From the NCBI GenBank assembly GCA_000934665.2, contig JYFJ02003280.1, positions 1-44,143 of the forward strand: 44,143 bases of DNA. The letters are read 5' to 3'. Position numbers and translations under genes: made by a program. Below the pieces are notes generated by a model, which ran no database searches, was not told where the DNA came from, and saw only the letters and a program-made list of their open reading frames with translations. Shown here one piece after another: positions 14,501 to 26,122 of the stretch (its first letter is position 1; each line of letters opens with the position of its first letter). Source of the DNA: Catajapyx aquilonaris. Lineage: Eukaryota.

Positions 14501-17413
14501 TCTCATTCGCAATTAGTGTTTGCCCATGGGCATGACACTTCAGGTGAGAACCTCCATTGTTTAGTCACACACGTGACACCTGCCTTGTATGATCAACTGG
14601 ATACCGAGCAACAAAATATGGTGCACACAGAAGGATCATTTCCTTGCTCTCTACCTGTTATGGTGTAACTGACGGGTGCACCCGTAACATATTCATTGCA
14701 GATGGTATCGATGATGCCATTCCCATACATAACTCGGCGTCGATCAAAATCGCCCATAATTATTAGGTAAGCATGACGTAAGGGGCACATATTGGCAGAC
14801 AATAATTATGGTACACTTCATCAGGAAGCCATTTACGCAGCTGTGAGTCCTGTAAACATGCTTCAAATGTCAATCCCAACATGCTTGTTATCACCGATAC
14901 TAAACATCAAATATGAATGTCTCATAAATATGAAAAACGTGTGTAATTTTAAATGGCTTACACATGTTACACAAATTGTCAGCACACTACGGAATTCCTA
15001 CCACACATGCCTTGCTTTCACATGATAATAAAAATTTTATAAAAATACAACTTTCTCAGTAAGAGGACTACTGGATAAGGTGTCAATGGATTTTTTTTTG
15101 TACAATTTGCTTTTACTTCTTTTTCTAGTGTTCAGTCAACTTAAAAGGTTGTCAAATCCCTTGAGAGCACAATGTTGTGGGCTCATGATGGGTGGGCTAG
15201 CTTAACTAATGTAGTGTTTGTTTCACATGAAACCCGTGGGCAGTGTGTCAATGAGCAACTCTAGTTGCATATACATGCTGTGCTGTCACTTGAATTGCAT
15301 CATAAATCTTAGTATCGCAAAATGCCATTTGAAAAGGAAAGTAGCCTAATAATGTCAATAAATTGTAATAAGCCTTACATCTTGGCTGCACAGCAGGCAA
15401 ATGCTGCAGTTAAATTTTCTACCACCATAAAAATATAAGCAATGTCAAACTTGATCAAATCAATATTCACCACCACCTCTACAAGTGTCCCTTTAGCATC
15501 ACAAAGGCCTCATGTGGCCACAATTCATGGAATGCTGCAGTTCAATATTCTCAGAGGAGCACCTCAATTCACTATTGCAGGTGATACTGAGCCTATATTG
15601 CTTCCCTAAGGCCCTTATCTCAACACAGCATCATTCTATTCCAGACTGTAGTAAATGATTATATTGCCACATTTTTTCTTATGAACTGTTCCATTGCCAA
15701 GCGTCATCACAGTTCTGGCTGTCATCACAGTTCTGGCTGTCGCTCCAAGCAATTAGCCACTGCGGATTTTTACAGATACGGATTTTTACAGATATGAAAG
15801 TTATTGTTGCTGCTACCAACCTGCAACCAACTCTTGCAGCACATCCCACTTGTGTTCATTTGTGACTCTGGATGCAAGGAATCACCTCATGCATAAACAA
15901 TGCCACTTGCACCTGCCCTTCCATTAATCCTTAATTGCTTGCAACCATTTTACAAGCAGCTCCCTGGTGTATTGGTTTACGCAGTTACACCACCTCATAA
16001 GTCTGAAGTCTGATCTCCTCAGAACAGCTGAAGAGTTTCTTATATGAAAATAGTTTCAATGGATTTAGCATTTGCATGGGGTTTCCTATGGTTCTCATAT
16101 TTTCTCCCACTTTCAAAATCTATCCGCAACAATAATCAAATAGCCTTTTAAATTGTTCCAATTAGTTACCACATTTAATCAACTGTGCTGCTGATTGTGA
16201 ATTTTATTGTGAGAGGAAATGAGAGAAACCCGATAAAACCCATGCAAACATGAAAAGTACCCATCCAACTCTTTCCATATGAGACTATCCTCCGTCCAAC
16301 CTGGGTATCTAATTTGAAAGCACGGAGGGCTGTGATTATCCACCACACCACCATAGCGCCCTAATCAAGTCAGTCATTCTAAAGACTACGAAGCAAATAG
16401 CTATTATGCAATATCCTATTAAAATCACACCCAGCATTTTCAGAGAAAGACCTGACACAAAATTATGGTTCCATACTGAATATCTCACAGGAAACATTAC
16501 TTGCATTTGTTGTCACAATTACTGCCTCTAGAAGTAAGAGCTATCAACACTACTTCATGAAAAATTGAATCTAGCTCATATATTGTCCTATAAAAGCAGT
16601 CAGACTACCTGATATTTTGATTCCAGCAACCTACACTAATATCCGCAGTACACAATAAAAAAGTGATGTAACGTAATATTTCCTTATAATAAAGTCTGTT
16701 ATTGCTGACTTAGTTACATAATAGGCAGCGAAACTTGACCATTATATGGTCCTGACAGGTTCCTATATTCAATGCGATCATGGCGGACATAACACAAACC
16801 CACTCGGTAATAAAAATGTGTGCAAAATGGTACAACTCCTTTCTAGGCAGACTTTAACTACACTACTTTGCTGTACAGCCATTGATTCTGTTGCGCCATA
16901 AAAATCTCTCAATCACTACACTACATTTCTTACACATGTAGTTCTCTTGTGGTAGTGCTCTGCTCTTTACTGGCGCAGTAATGTACAGCACGTGGTCACG
17001 CTCACCCGTGGGGAGATTTGTTGTCTAGCTTACTACCATGTTCGGTACGGTACACCATCGTGGCAGTGCCTATCTGTCAGGCCACAGCCATTACAAATGC
17101 GGCCCAAGCCTTGTCGTTCCCAACCCGCAGCTTCACCTGCTGACCCGAACCCCAACCCAGATCCAAACCATACTCACAAGTTCTCGACCCATGGCGGTAA
17201 GTACTCCGGCACAGCCACCAGCCCCTTCTTCCCACAGTCGACAAAGCTCCCAAGACAGCTGCACATCTGTGGACATCCCTGCCCCGGGGCGGCCCTCCTG
17301 TCGATGAGCCTTCCCTGCACCATTCCTCCCCATCCCCAAAGCCACCAGCACCACCACCACCAGCTGAAGACGACGAGGAGTGTCCTCCTAGAGCAGCCCC
17401 CTCCGGCCGCCAT
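1870..17413 (-). CDS. LRIG: LRIG/lambik-like leucine-rich-repeat receptor, 5' part (coding exons 17413-17178, 11712-11641, 1941-1870); gene continues beyond the left edge of the window
   Basis: Spliced translation: MAAGGGCSRRTLLVVFSWWWWCWWLWGWGGMVQGRLIDRRAAPGQGCPQMCSCLGSFVDCGKKGLVAVPEYLPPWVENL / ELRNNEISELEEDAFAGLENLEKL / DLSSNQLRSVNASVFGSLPRLKEL. It has a signal peptide, an LRRNT cap (CPxxCxCxGxxVDC...LPxW, the form seen in LRIG proteins) and two 72-bp phase-2 LRR exons with GT-AG sites. The Ig domains are not in the window, so the LRIG assignment rests on the N-cap. Confidence 0.8.
7242..7421. mobile_element. Palindromic (foldback) MITE, copy 1, with TA flanks
   Basis: TA-CAG...CTG-TA ends; imperfect inverted arms over the whole length, centred on GTGACGTCAC (7331-7340); a reverse-complement copy lies at 26671-26842. 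Confidence 0.8.
11512..11572. repeat. (CT)n microsatellite
   Basis: About 30 TC units just inside LRIG intron 2, near the exon 2 donor. Confidence 0.95.
11641..11712 (-). CDS. LRIG: LRIG-like exon 2 (one 24-aa LRR)
   Basis: tttttcag|G GAG CTG CGT AAC...AAG CT|gtgagt; 72 bp; LxxNxIxxLxxxAFxGLxNLxxL. Confidence 0.88.
15703..15794. repeat. Two adjacent perfect short tandem duplications (18 bp x2 and 16 bp x2)
   Basis: gtcatcacagttctggct at 15703 and 15721; cggatttttacagata at 15763 and 15779. Confidence 0.9.
16205..16361 (-). mobile_element. Degenerate tRNA-derived SINE fragment
   Basis: Plus strand reads gaggaaatgagagaaacccgataaaacccatgcaaacatgaaaagtacccatccaactc...ccaccacaccaccatagcgccc. 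This resembles the reverse complement of common metazoan SINE central domains followed by an A-box-like TGGTGTGGTGG. Recognised from memory; heavily diverged. Confidence 0.35.
17178..17413 (-). CDS. LRIG: LRIG-like exon 1 (signal peptide + LRRNT)
   Basis: ATG in aagATGG context at 17413-17411; ends GAG AAC TT|gtgagt (phase 2). Confidence 0.88.
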
Positions 17414-17689
17414 CTTGCCTCTCTTTCTCTCTCTCTCTCTCTCTCACCCTCACTTGGAAAGGGACGACGCCTCTTTGCCCTTCGACTGCCGCTCCGTCCT
17501 AGGGGCGCTCACTGCCCCATGTCCGCCCCTAGTGTATATCGCCCAGCCCTAGCCTCCGAGTGAGTCGTACAGCAGCTTCGGGGCCATGATGGCCGCGGGT
17601 GGACACTCTATGCAATGACCCGAGAGGAGCAGCACAACCAGCCGCATTCCCAGCCCTCCCCGCCCGCCCCTACACACCAAACGCCTCTC

Positions 17690-17714
17690 ATTGGTCAAGA
17701 GAGAGTCACGTGAC
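17690..17714. promoter_or_regulatory. LRIG upstream promoter elements: CCAAT box and palindromic E-box GTCACGTGAC
   Basis: ATTGG near 17690 and GTCACGTGAC at 17705-17714 (USF/MiT-TFE CLEAR-type motif), in a GC-rich region about 290 bp upstream of the ATG. Confidence 0.45.
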
Positions 17715-17824
17715 CACGGTTGCCAAATGGGCACTGCAATGTTGCCGGATCGAACGGCGGGAGCTTTCAATTTAAGACACAGCGTAGCGGGAAGTGCTAA
17801 TGACTCGGATAGTAACCAGGGAGA

Positions 17825-17972
17825 GTAGCTAATATAGCCATTTCCCCCCCCCCCAAATAGCTATATTAGCTACTTTTAGCTGTTATTATGTAGCACCAAT
17901 TTTGGATGCAGCGGCGAAATGGCTATATTAGCTACATTTAGCTAATAAAGCACCTTATTTTTAATGCAGCGG
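17825..17972. repeat. Inverted plus tandem repeat of a 19-bp motif within two ~60-bp units
   Basis: gtagctaatatagccattt (17825) is the inverse of aaatggctatattagctac (17917) and nearly of aaatagctatattagctac (17855). Both tandem units end in ...atgcagcgg. Confidence 0.75.
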
Positions 17973-20900
17973 TTACAGGGTGTCCAACAGGTCACATGGC
18001 AACAATAATTCAACCCCCTGGTAGTGATACCGTGCATTATTGAACCGCATTCCGGAGGGTTCCCTCCAATTTGACAGTATGAAAAGAGCTGGCGTGAATG
18101 AACGGTTTTAGTGAGAAAAAAAAGATGGTGGAAAAGGGGTCTCCAAAAAGCGATTGTGTGTAAATGAATAGTGGAGCTTAGAAATACCTTTTCTTGACTG
18201 CTGAGTGTGCACAGTGTACGGGTATAATATCCGGGGGGGATGAGGGGTTGGAAATAATTTGTGTGGAGGGTTTTAGTGGGGACTCAGCGTGGGGGCCAGC
18301 TGCAGATGGTTGACCCTATTCAGGGGAAAATTTTGGGGAGAAGCTTTTGGAAAATTGTTGGACTGTAAAAGGTCCGGTTTGATTCTCACACCTTAACAAA
18401 AAGGAGGCTGAATGAGTGGAAATATTTGGTTGAACAGTTGCTATAGTGAGCATAATATCTTATACCAAAATTGGTAATTTGTAGATTTTCTTGAGATGTT
18501 TTTTCCAAGGAGTTTACAAGGTGGAAGTGTTCAACGCCATTTGCTTGGTAAACGCCGAATATTCTATTGATTTTCCATTCTGAAGCCTGCAGCAGCACAG
18601 CAGGAAGCCACCCCTCAGTCCCTTGAGATACACGCTTTTTCTGGAAATTCACACCAACTCGCGTGTATTCATCCGTGTTACTTTTTTGGACCACTTTTGA
18701 TTATTATCCATATACATTAAGGGCCAATCATCCAAACACTGGCAGCTGAAAGCATTATTATCAATATGTTATCAGTACTTATACTTAACAGATACCAGTA
18801 CACTTAAAGGGGGCATACCAGTGTATGTCCACTTGACCGGTTCGTCAGTTAGAAACACATAGTTATCTTAACTGAGATTAATTTTAACGTACACAGTACG
18901 CCATAGGGGGCTATAACCCCCAATATCTACGTCTAAAAGGAGGAAAGGTGGTGGGTGCCATATAGTCGTGACAATTGATTTAATGTTTATGGGATTCTAT
19001 CAACAATTCTTGCTCAACTCCAACCATACATGGATTTAAACCAATGTCCCTTTCCTATTCGCCACATCACTGAAACATTGGCCTGTTGACAACGAGGCAG
19101 ACGACTACAAATCACAAACGGCGTAGGTTTTGCTCATGACAAAAAAAAAAAGGAAAGAAACGACAAGTCCTACGCAATTTTGTCGAAACGTTTGCACGTG
19201 CAGGACTTTGTTCGCACAGGTGCATACTGCATATGTGTATTGTATAAAGAGCGCTTACTTAAAACGAGTGTGACGTGTGGGAAGGTAGGGCGGAGTTGAT
19301 GGGTGAGGCATTTTGGAGGACACGGTGGTTTTCGTGCCAAAAAGTAGAGCCGGTTACGGCACCATGTCATGGTGTGATATATTCGCACCTGTTACCAATT
19401 ATACAGGTGCGCATCTTGCAAATAAAAATTATAAAAATAATGTTACGTTTTTAAATAGAATTTCTTAGACGACCATATCATGTTGTGAACTATGACCGGT
19501 TCAAATCGGTACAGGGTAGTACCCCCTGCAGCAATATTTTGTGGGCAGATGGGGGACTTGCACCATCTTTATTTATGCTTCCGTTCTTGTTTCAGGCCAG
19601 CCTCCACTTTGGGCCACCCCCAACATCCCGGATGTCGCTTAATTAATTAAAGGGTGTTTTATTCGCCTGCAATTGGCCGATTAGGGAGAAACGGTCCACT
19701 TTTTTTTTCAGAAGGGAGTATTTGATTTATCCTGTTCATTTAGTACCATTTTATACTAGTAACGTCTGGACTATCTAACTCACTTTCAGACTACTGAGAC
19801 AGCTGAAACTGGTATGCTGTAAAAGCCCAAAAAACGGTCTTAGGACTATTTATTTACTAATTTCTACTCTTCCGTGGCCATACTGCAGTGCTTCTAATTG
19901 TAATCCTTTCGTGATTGGTTATAGCCGTAACTTCCGCCCACACTTCCGTTCCAATCAGAAGCTTTGCACTAGTAATCGCCATAAATCGGACGCCTTGCTT
20001 TTTTGACACCCTAAATATTCATGAGTCCTAATACCGGTACATACCTACGCAAAACTAAAGAAAAAGTTGCCCTTGCAACACATTCACATGACAACATGTG
20101 GGTGACTCTTTCGGTGGGTTTTATCGGAATGTAGCTGATCATCCGTAACAACCACACCCTTTTTTTGACATGTTAGACAGCAGGGTGCCACATGTCACAC
20201 ACCGTCACGTTCCGTCACCCAACAAATAAAACTCCATGTTTACTCCCCCTAAGAGAATCTTCGAAGTTGGCAGACTGCGAGGTTTCCCAGCATCACAACA
20301 GCTGGTGCCCTTGCCCACTTCCCCACACATTGCTCATTGCCGCAATTGCTCGCGAAATGCACTGCAAACACTAGGAGTTGGTGGGGGGGAGGGGGGGTGG
20401 CAACATTTAATCTTAGCTCCTGCACATGGAAGTTTGCCAACCCCTTTTTCGCCCACCCTGTAATGTTACTTCACACCGCTCGAAGCGCTGTAGAAAAGGT
20501 CACCTGTCTTTGTCATTTCGTCGCCATTTATTTTTTTTGGCTAGACACTGTAAGGTGACATATATTTTTGGTAACAAAATTCGAGATATGATTTGGCCAC
20601 ATTTGCTAATATGACATTAATTAAGCAGGCATGGGGATTGCATAGTACTGCATTTTTTGGGGGTTCATCTAGATATTACAGGTTGGATAGAAAACCGTGG
20701 GGGGATAACATCTTTGAGTCTAAGGGTGGAGCCTATCGATTAACCATTATCCAAGCTTCAACCTGAACTCCCCTCTGCCATCCCCCCCTACTACCATCTC
20801 AGTGTTTGTCGCACAACGTTGCCAATATTTCCTTTTTTTTTTTGTACCCAGCATCCCAAAGGACTCTAACAAACTTCGAGAAATTAATCAGTATATACAC

Positions 20901-21340
20901 CCGACTATTCTTCACAATTTGATCTCAAAAAGCTACGGAGTCAGCCAAGTGCTAAGTGCGGTCCGTTTGTCGCGGTAAGATCAGACAAAAGTACGGCTGA
21001 ATGAGAAGCCAGTAGTCCAAAGCGCTGACTGTTTGTCTTTAGTCACTAAGACACACCCACAGAGAAAAGCCGAAACCAGCAGGTGTTTCTGCCATTTTGT
21101 GGGCATCCTATTTTGACACCATGCTATTTCTAGGAAGGCTACGTCATTAATTGTCGAGGCACACCTGATGATGCATATACGATACTTGTGAATGACGTTT
21201 TTTCTTTAGCTGTCATGTTACTGGTATGGCCTTGTTCGTTTCCTTCACTTTGACGTGGGTCTAACCGGAGCCAATCATTGCTTCAAAACTTAGGAAGGAA
21301 AATAACAATTCCGACGTGATTTGCATCTTCATTTACCCTG

Positions 21341-21388
21341 CACTCTTAACCATTTACCCTCTCTAGAGAAGGTAAATGGTTAAGAGTG
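21341..21388. repeat. Near-perfect 48-bp palindrome
   Basis: cactcttaaccatttacc-c-tctctagaga-a-ggtaaatggttaagagtg: 18-bp perfect arms, one mismatch, then a palindromic 10-bp core. Confidence 0.92.
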
Positions 21389-21409
21389 TGTAACCGGTCA
21401 TACTGATGA

Positions 21410-21715
21410 AGACAATGCTCAATACCAGTAGATGTATCAATTACATAAAATTTGGAGTTCATATTTATCTAGCTGAAGCCAGTCATAAATACAGGGTATC
21501 CAAAAAACAGGTCCTGGCTGCCAGTGGGGGTTAACCTCAACCTGAGCATCTCTTTTTGGAAAAAGCAAAAGCAATTCAATGCCCACATAAATCTTGTCTC
21601 TGGCTTTGTTATCTAGGGAGGACTTAAAGGGGGTTTGGGATTGGACACTGGGAAAAATTATTGGTCTCCGGAAACTCCACCTGACTCTAGCCTCAAAAGA
21701 TGGAACCATTTTGAA
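21410..21715 (+). pseudogene. Possible heavily decayed Tc1/mariner (DD37D-like) transposase C-terminal remnant
   Basis: Colinear frame-broken fragments: NAQYQ*, FIFI*, EASHKYRVSK, WLPVGVNLNLSISFW (cf. WPPxSPDLNPxDxxxW), PHKS, and DG/NHFE (cf. terminal GxHFE). Weak; recognised by eye only. Confidence 0.3.
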
Positions 21716-24118
21716 TGCTGGACATGCCACCCATTACTCCTGTTCCGAGTTAACGTTTTTATTTTTTTGTAAATTCAACTAAAAATTATGTGCCCATACT
21801 TCATTTCTGACAATTTGGCCGAAACTGTACACTCATACTATTTGAGACGCCATGTTTTTCAATTGATTTCAATGAGCAATCAGGCTCTTAAAATGTGGGC
21901 ACGTCCTTGGACTTGGTTCACTCGAGGCCGTGACTTGATTGTAGCCTGTCATCCTCCATAGTTTGTCCGCTAAATTCGGCCTATAAATCAACCCCCCCAA
22001 CCAAGAGACAAAAAGTGTCTCCCCCACGGCGCCTGACCAGACTTGTTGAGAATTACACCTGTTTATTATACACAATTATTACATATAACTATTACATATA
22101 AAGAACTGGCAGGCTTATAGTTGGCTCCCCCACGTTGGGCGCCATTTGTGACGACTGCGACACTTTCAATAAAATACCGTCGCAATTTATTAATATTATT
22201 AATTATCATTACTATTGTACTATTTGCACTTACTAGTACAGCCTATAGTGCTTTTGGAGGCATGCAAAAGGCCATGGAACTCTGAATGTGGGGGCGGTGT
22301 TAGGGGGATGTGAATTTAACCCCATGCAGGGTGTTAAGAAAGAGATTGATGGCCCTCTACCACTGGTTGGTCAGAGTGCAGCATAATGTCCGGACTCGCA
22401 ACCTCGATTGCTATGAATTAATTTACGCCCTCGCCCAGCTTGGGCCGCCCTAATAATTTCCTAAGGGCTATAGGAATAGCACAAAGCTAGGGATTACTGC
22501 ACACAAATCTGAGTCGCAATTTAGGTAGAGAGGAGTAAACAACTGTGCTTCATTTGGAAATTATGGGTAGGATTAATTGTGCTCATTTAAAAATTTAAAA
22601 ATTTAATAAAAATGTAGTGTTGCCAACAATGTCTCCCCAACATATGAAACATGCGACCTGTGCAGGTGACCACTCCTCATAATTACAGCACTCTCCATAG
22701 GTGGCTCGCGCATCAGCCATGACCACAAAGGATCCTCCATATTTTTTTGTGACTCGTCCTGTGGTGTAATTGGCACATTAAAGGACCGGAGGCATAAATC
22801 CTAGCTTGGCCCGCTCTGAATGTCAGAGCCATGTAACATATAAGGAATGGGGATGAGAGGGCAACACCAAGATGGCCGAAGACTCAGCCTCACTGATTTC
22901 CCCTACCATCATCATAACGATGCTCGTCATGATCATAGTGATTATTACTCAGAAGGCGACACGGATCATTTCAATGATGACTTATGAGAGTTGGTCCAAA
23001 CTGGAAGAATGGGTACCCCCTATTGCTCAGATTTAACCTATCATCATCCATTATGGTCACAAGGACACTATTGCACTTAATGGTGAAGGAAGTGACTAAC
23101 ACTATACCAAAACTAAAAATCGTGCACATTTGACAGTCTTAATTAGCTGACATTAAACTAGTCACAAAATCGTAGAACAACGTTGTCCGATGTCAGTTCC
23201 GTTCGATTTAATTACAAGTTAGGTTGACGAGGGCAAGTCACGGTTCCAGTTTATGGTCGATGGTAAGTAAGCTTGGGGTTGAAACAAATGGCTCCATGAT
23301 TGGTGGGCCGCTAACAACAACAACAAAAAAAGAGTGTATAAGTGAACTGGAGCTGGGCCGTTGGCCTTTGTCAGTTGGGGACACATACATCCAAACTGAT
23401 TCCTTAATTGATTCACTTTCCCTGCCAGGGCGAGAGGATTTGATTGAGACGAATGAATTATTGATTGGCTCGTTACTCTGTCCGGTTACATGGGGGAATG
23501 CAACAATGTGTTGCTAAGGAGCTGGCTCTATGACAGTTTCAGGTCACGCACTAGGCAAGCCCTGGTCATTTTCTGATGATGAAATTTTGCTGGAAGATAA
23601 TTAATTAGTACAATATCACTTTTGGCCCACAATTTCAACCTAAGTCATACGTATTCGTCCCAAATGACATTTCATCTGATATGATATTGATTACATGATA
23701 AATCAGTGGATGATTCGACAATTCCGTCGGATGAAATATTATGCAATGTTCAGACCATGTGGTATGTATTTTCGGGTGCTTTACAAGGGCTAAACAACGG
23801 TACTTTTTCACTTTCAGCGACGTTGTACCGGTGTATCCTGACCCCCCTTAGTCCTATCAAGAGGTCAGAGTGTGCCTCCGTGCCTCAAAGTTTTGGTCAT
23901 CAATTGGCCACGATTTTTCACATTTTATAACGCCCGGTTAAAAGTCGTGCTCCTCCCGAAGTACTTTCGCGACTATCGGTAGGGTCAAAAAGGTCTCGCA
24001 TCTGCCTGCCCAGCTGGAATATCCTGTTCTACACCTGTACGATAAGCCACTTTTTTATCAATAAATTTTTAAATCGCATGCATTTGGTTTTACCAGTCCG
24101 GTCGATCGCGTTAAAATG

Positions 24119-24188
24119 CCTGCCACGGACTTCCGGTAGATGTCGCCATTAGAGCAGAGACATCTGCCGGCAGTCCATCGATGGCAGG
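24119..24188. repeat. GC-rich stem-loop
   Basis: cctgcca-cggacttccggtagatgtc / 14-nt loop / gacatctgccggcagtcc-atcga-tggcagg. Confidence 0.8.
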
Positions 24189-24229
24189 AGTGGCTAATTT
24201 TGAATAACAATAATTTAATCACATTCCAT

Positions 24230-24745
24230 ATAAAATTTAATGAAATTTAATAACTAAAAATGTAAGAAATAAACTAAAATTTAACGAAATTTAATCGCTA
24301 AAAATTTTATAACTAAAAATTCAATAAACAAACTGCAATTTAACGATTTAATTTTTTATTTATTTATACCCCATTGGGAGAATCGGCTCTCCATTAGGGG
24401 GGGGGGGGNGGGGGGGTGGAGTACCACCATTGGGTGGGGCCAAGGATAGGGAAGGAAGGAAGCGGCTGTGGCCTATTATATGGAAGCGATCCCGAAATTA
24501 TCCTGGGAGGACCGTGGAAAACCACGGTTCGGGTTGCCGGCTCCGGGATTCGAACCTAGGACCTTCCGATTAGCAGTCGAACTCCACCACACCAACTTGC
24601 TTCGGCAAATTTAACGAAATATAATATCTAAAAATTTAATAAACAAACTAAAATTTGACGAAATTTAATAACTAAAAATTTCATAAATAAACTAGAATTT
24701 AATGAAATTAATAGCTAAAATGCTATAAAATTTAATAACTAAACA
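24230..24745. repeat. AT-rich minisatellite, interrupted by a SINE
   Basis: Repeats of aaatttaacgaaatttaataactaaaaatttaataaacaaacta-like units at about 24230-24346 and 24608-24745. Confidence 0.8.
24347..24606 (-). mobile_element. tRNA-derived SINE, apparently full length
   Basis: On the minus strand: A-box-like TGGTGTGGTGG (24594-24584), B box GGTTCGAATCCC (24556-24545), body ...GTGGTTTTCC...TAGGCCACAGCCGCTTCCTTCC typical of arthropod SINEs, and an A-rich tail (24368-24347). Flanked by AATTTAACGA at 24337-24346 and 24608-24617 (candidate TSD). Confidence 0.8.
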
Positions 24746-26122
24746 TGTAAATAAAATGGCATATCCTACAGATGGACATTGGGAAATTCAAACTTTAGGC
24801 TTCCACCATATAGTGACATCTACTAGCATGAATTCTGCAACTGGTATGAATAGTCTCCATCTATTTGTCCGCTATAGTACCTTAGTGGAGGGTCATAAAA
24901 GCCTTCTTCTGCCACCTGGGCCGGACCAATCGAGTTCAAATCGTGCCAAAGAAGCTCTCAACCAGCTTAGGGGCAAACCCTGACTTGGGATGCGGGGTCA
25001 TGCCCCCTCGATTCCTTTACCTGCCACCTCCACCTCCTTAACCAACCTTTCACCCCTGGCATAAAGCAAGCACACAATGCAACTGAACCGCATTGTCCAG
25101 GGATTACCACAACCCTTTCAAAATTTCCCTTGCCCCTAATAACGCTTTATATTGCTTTACACTGCGATGGGGGTTACTATAGGGATTGAAAGAAACGTGA
25201 CATGCCATTTTGCACTGCCAAAATTAACACCAATAAATATATATGGCTGAATTCCTACCATTTTTCAATAAGTAAGACAATGCAAGGTATCCATGTTTTG
25301 AAAACGCGTGGGTTCTTTTTTGAAAGCGTGAATAAAAATCTTCACGGAAAATTACCCTGGTCGACTTTTCTCTGCTGAATCATTTCCGCAGGGGGTGTCA
25401 AAAGGAACTTACAGATAAATCCATTAGTCACGAATTTGCTCCCTTTCATGGCGGAAAAAAGGAGGGGTGAAAAAAACATCCATTGTCACTTGTCACACAG
25501 ATGGCGTCCTTTTTTGTGTCATTTATCATAGGTTCTAATCCCTATTTTACAAACACTTGGGCGAATAGTTTGGGTTAAATGGATGCTCATGAGGTGGTAA
25601 TAGCACGTTTATAGACGGTTAATTACTGAACCATTCATATACGTAAAGGATAAATTTCCTTATTGTTGCTATTGCAAAATGGTCACTATTCAGGCTAAAA
25701 TTGAGCAATCTATTTTTAAAACCTAGTACAGAGTTTGAAGGCATTTTTCAATGTCTGCTTAGAAGGTCAGGCCTAATCCCACCTCGGGTAATGCCAAGTG
25801 ACAGAAAAGTGCCGACAATACCCGCCTTCTATGAGCCCTGCTATTCAGTCACTCTAAGCCCACACCTTATGGGCCACAATAAAACCCAAAGCGTCACCCC
25901 AACTATTTTTTCTTTTGTCAATAGACCCTATTCCCTCGTTAGGAAACGGAAAGTGCAGGGTCATGGATCAATGACATGAGATGAAAGACATGCAAAATGC
26001 GTCTTTGAATTGAACATTTACAAGCTGAACGATTCTGAAAAATAAGAGTGAGATTTACCATAAGGAGACATTAATGCTTATTTGCTTTTATTACAAAAGT
26101 ACAAAAAAAAAATTGGTGTTAT

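Noticed and set aside
42..17170. Dozens of 60-205 aa ORFs in the LRIG introns (e.g. 924-1541, 13124-13393)
   Set aside because: No recognisable domains, many non-ATG starts, homopolymer-derived K/F/P/G runs and no consistent splice-phase chain; consistent with intronic noise.
18060..18700. Possible transposase remnant (QANGVEHFHL)
   Set aside because: A single short resemblance with no colinear supporting motifs.
19875..19982. Degenerate inverted repeat containing CCAAT and CTTCCG motifs
   Set aside because: Arms are too diverged and there is no TSD; cannot distinguish an old MITE from a promoter-like sequence.
24540..24606. tRNA gene suggested by GGTTCGAATCCC
   Set aside because: No complete cloverleaf; it continues into a SINE body and A-rich tail.
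24230..24745. CRISPR-like repeat-spacer array
   Set aside because: Eukaryotic context; degenerate head-to-tail AT-rich units without unique spacers; no cas genes.
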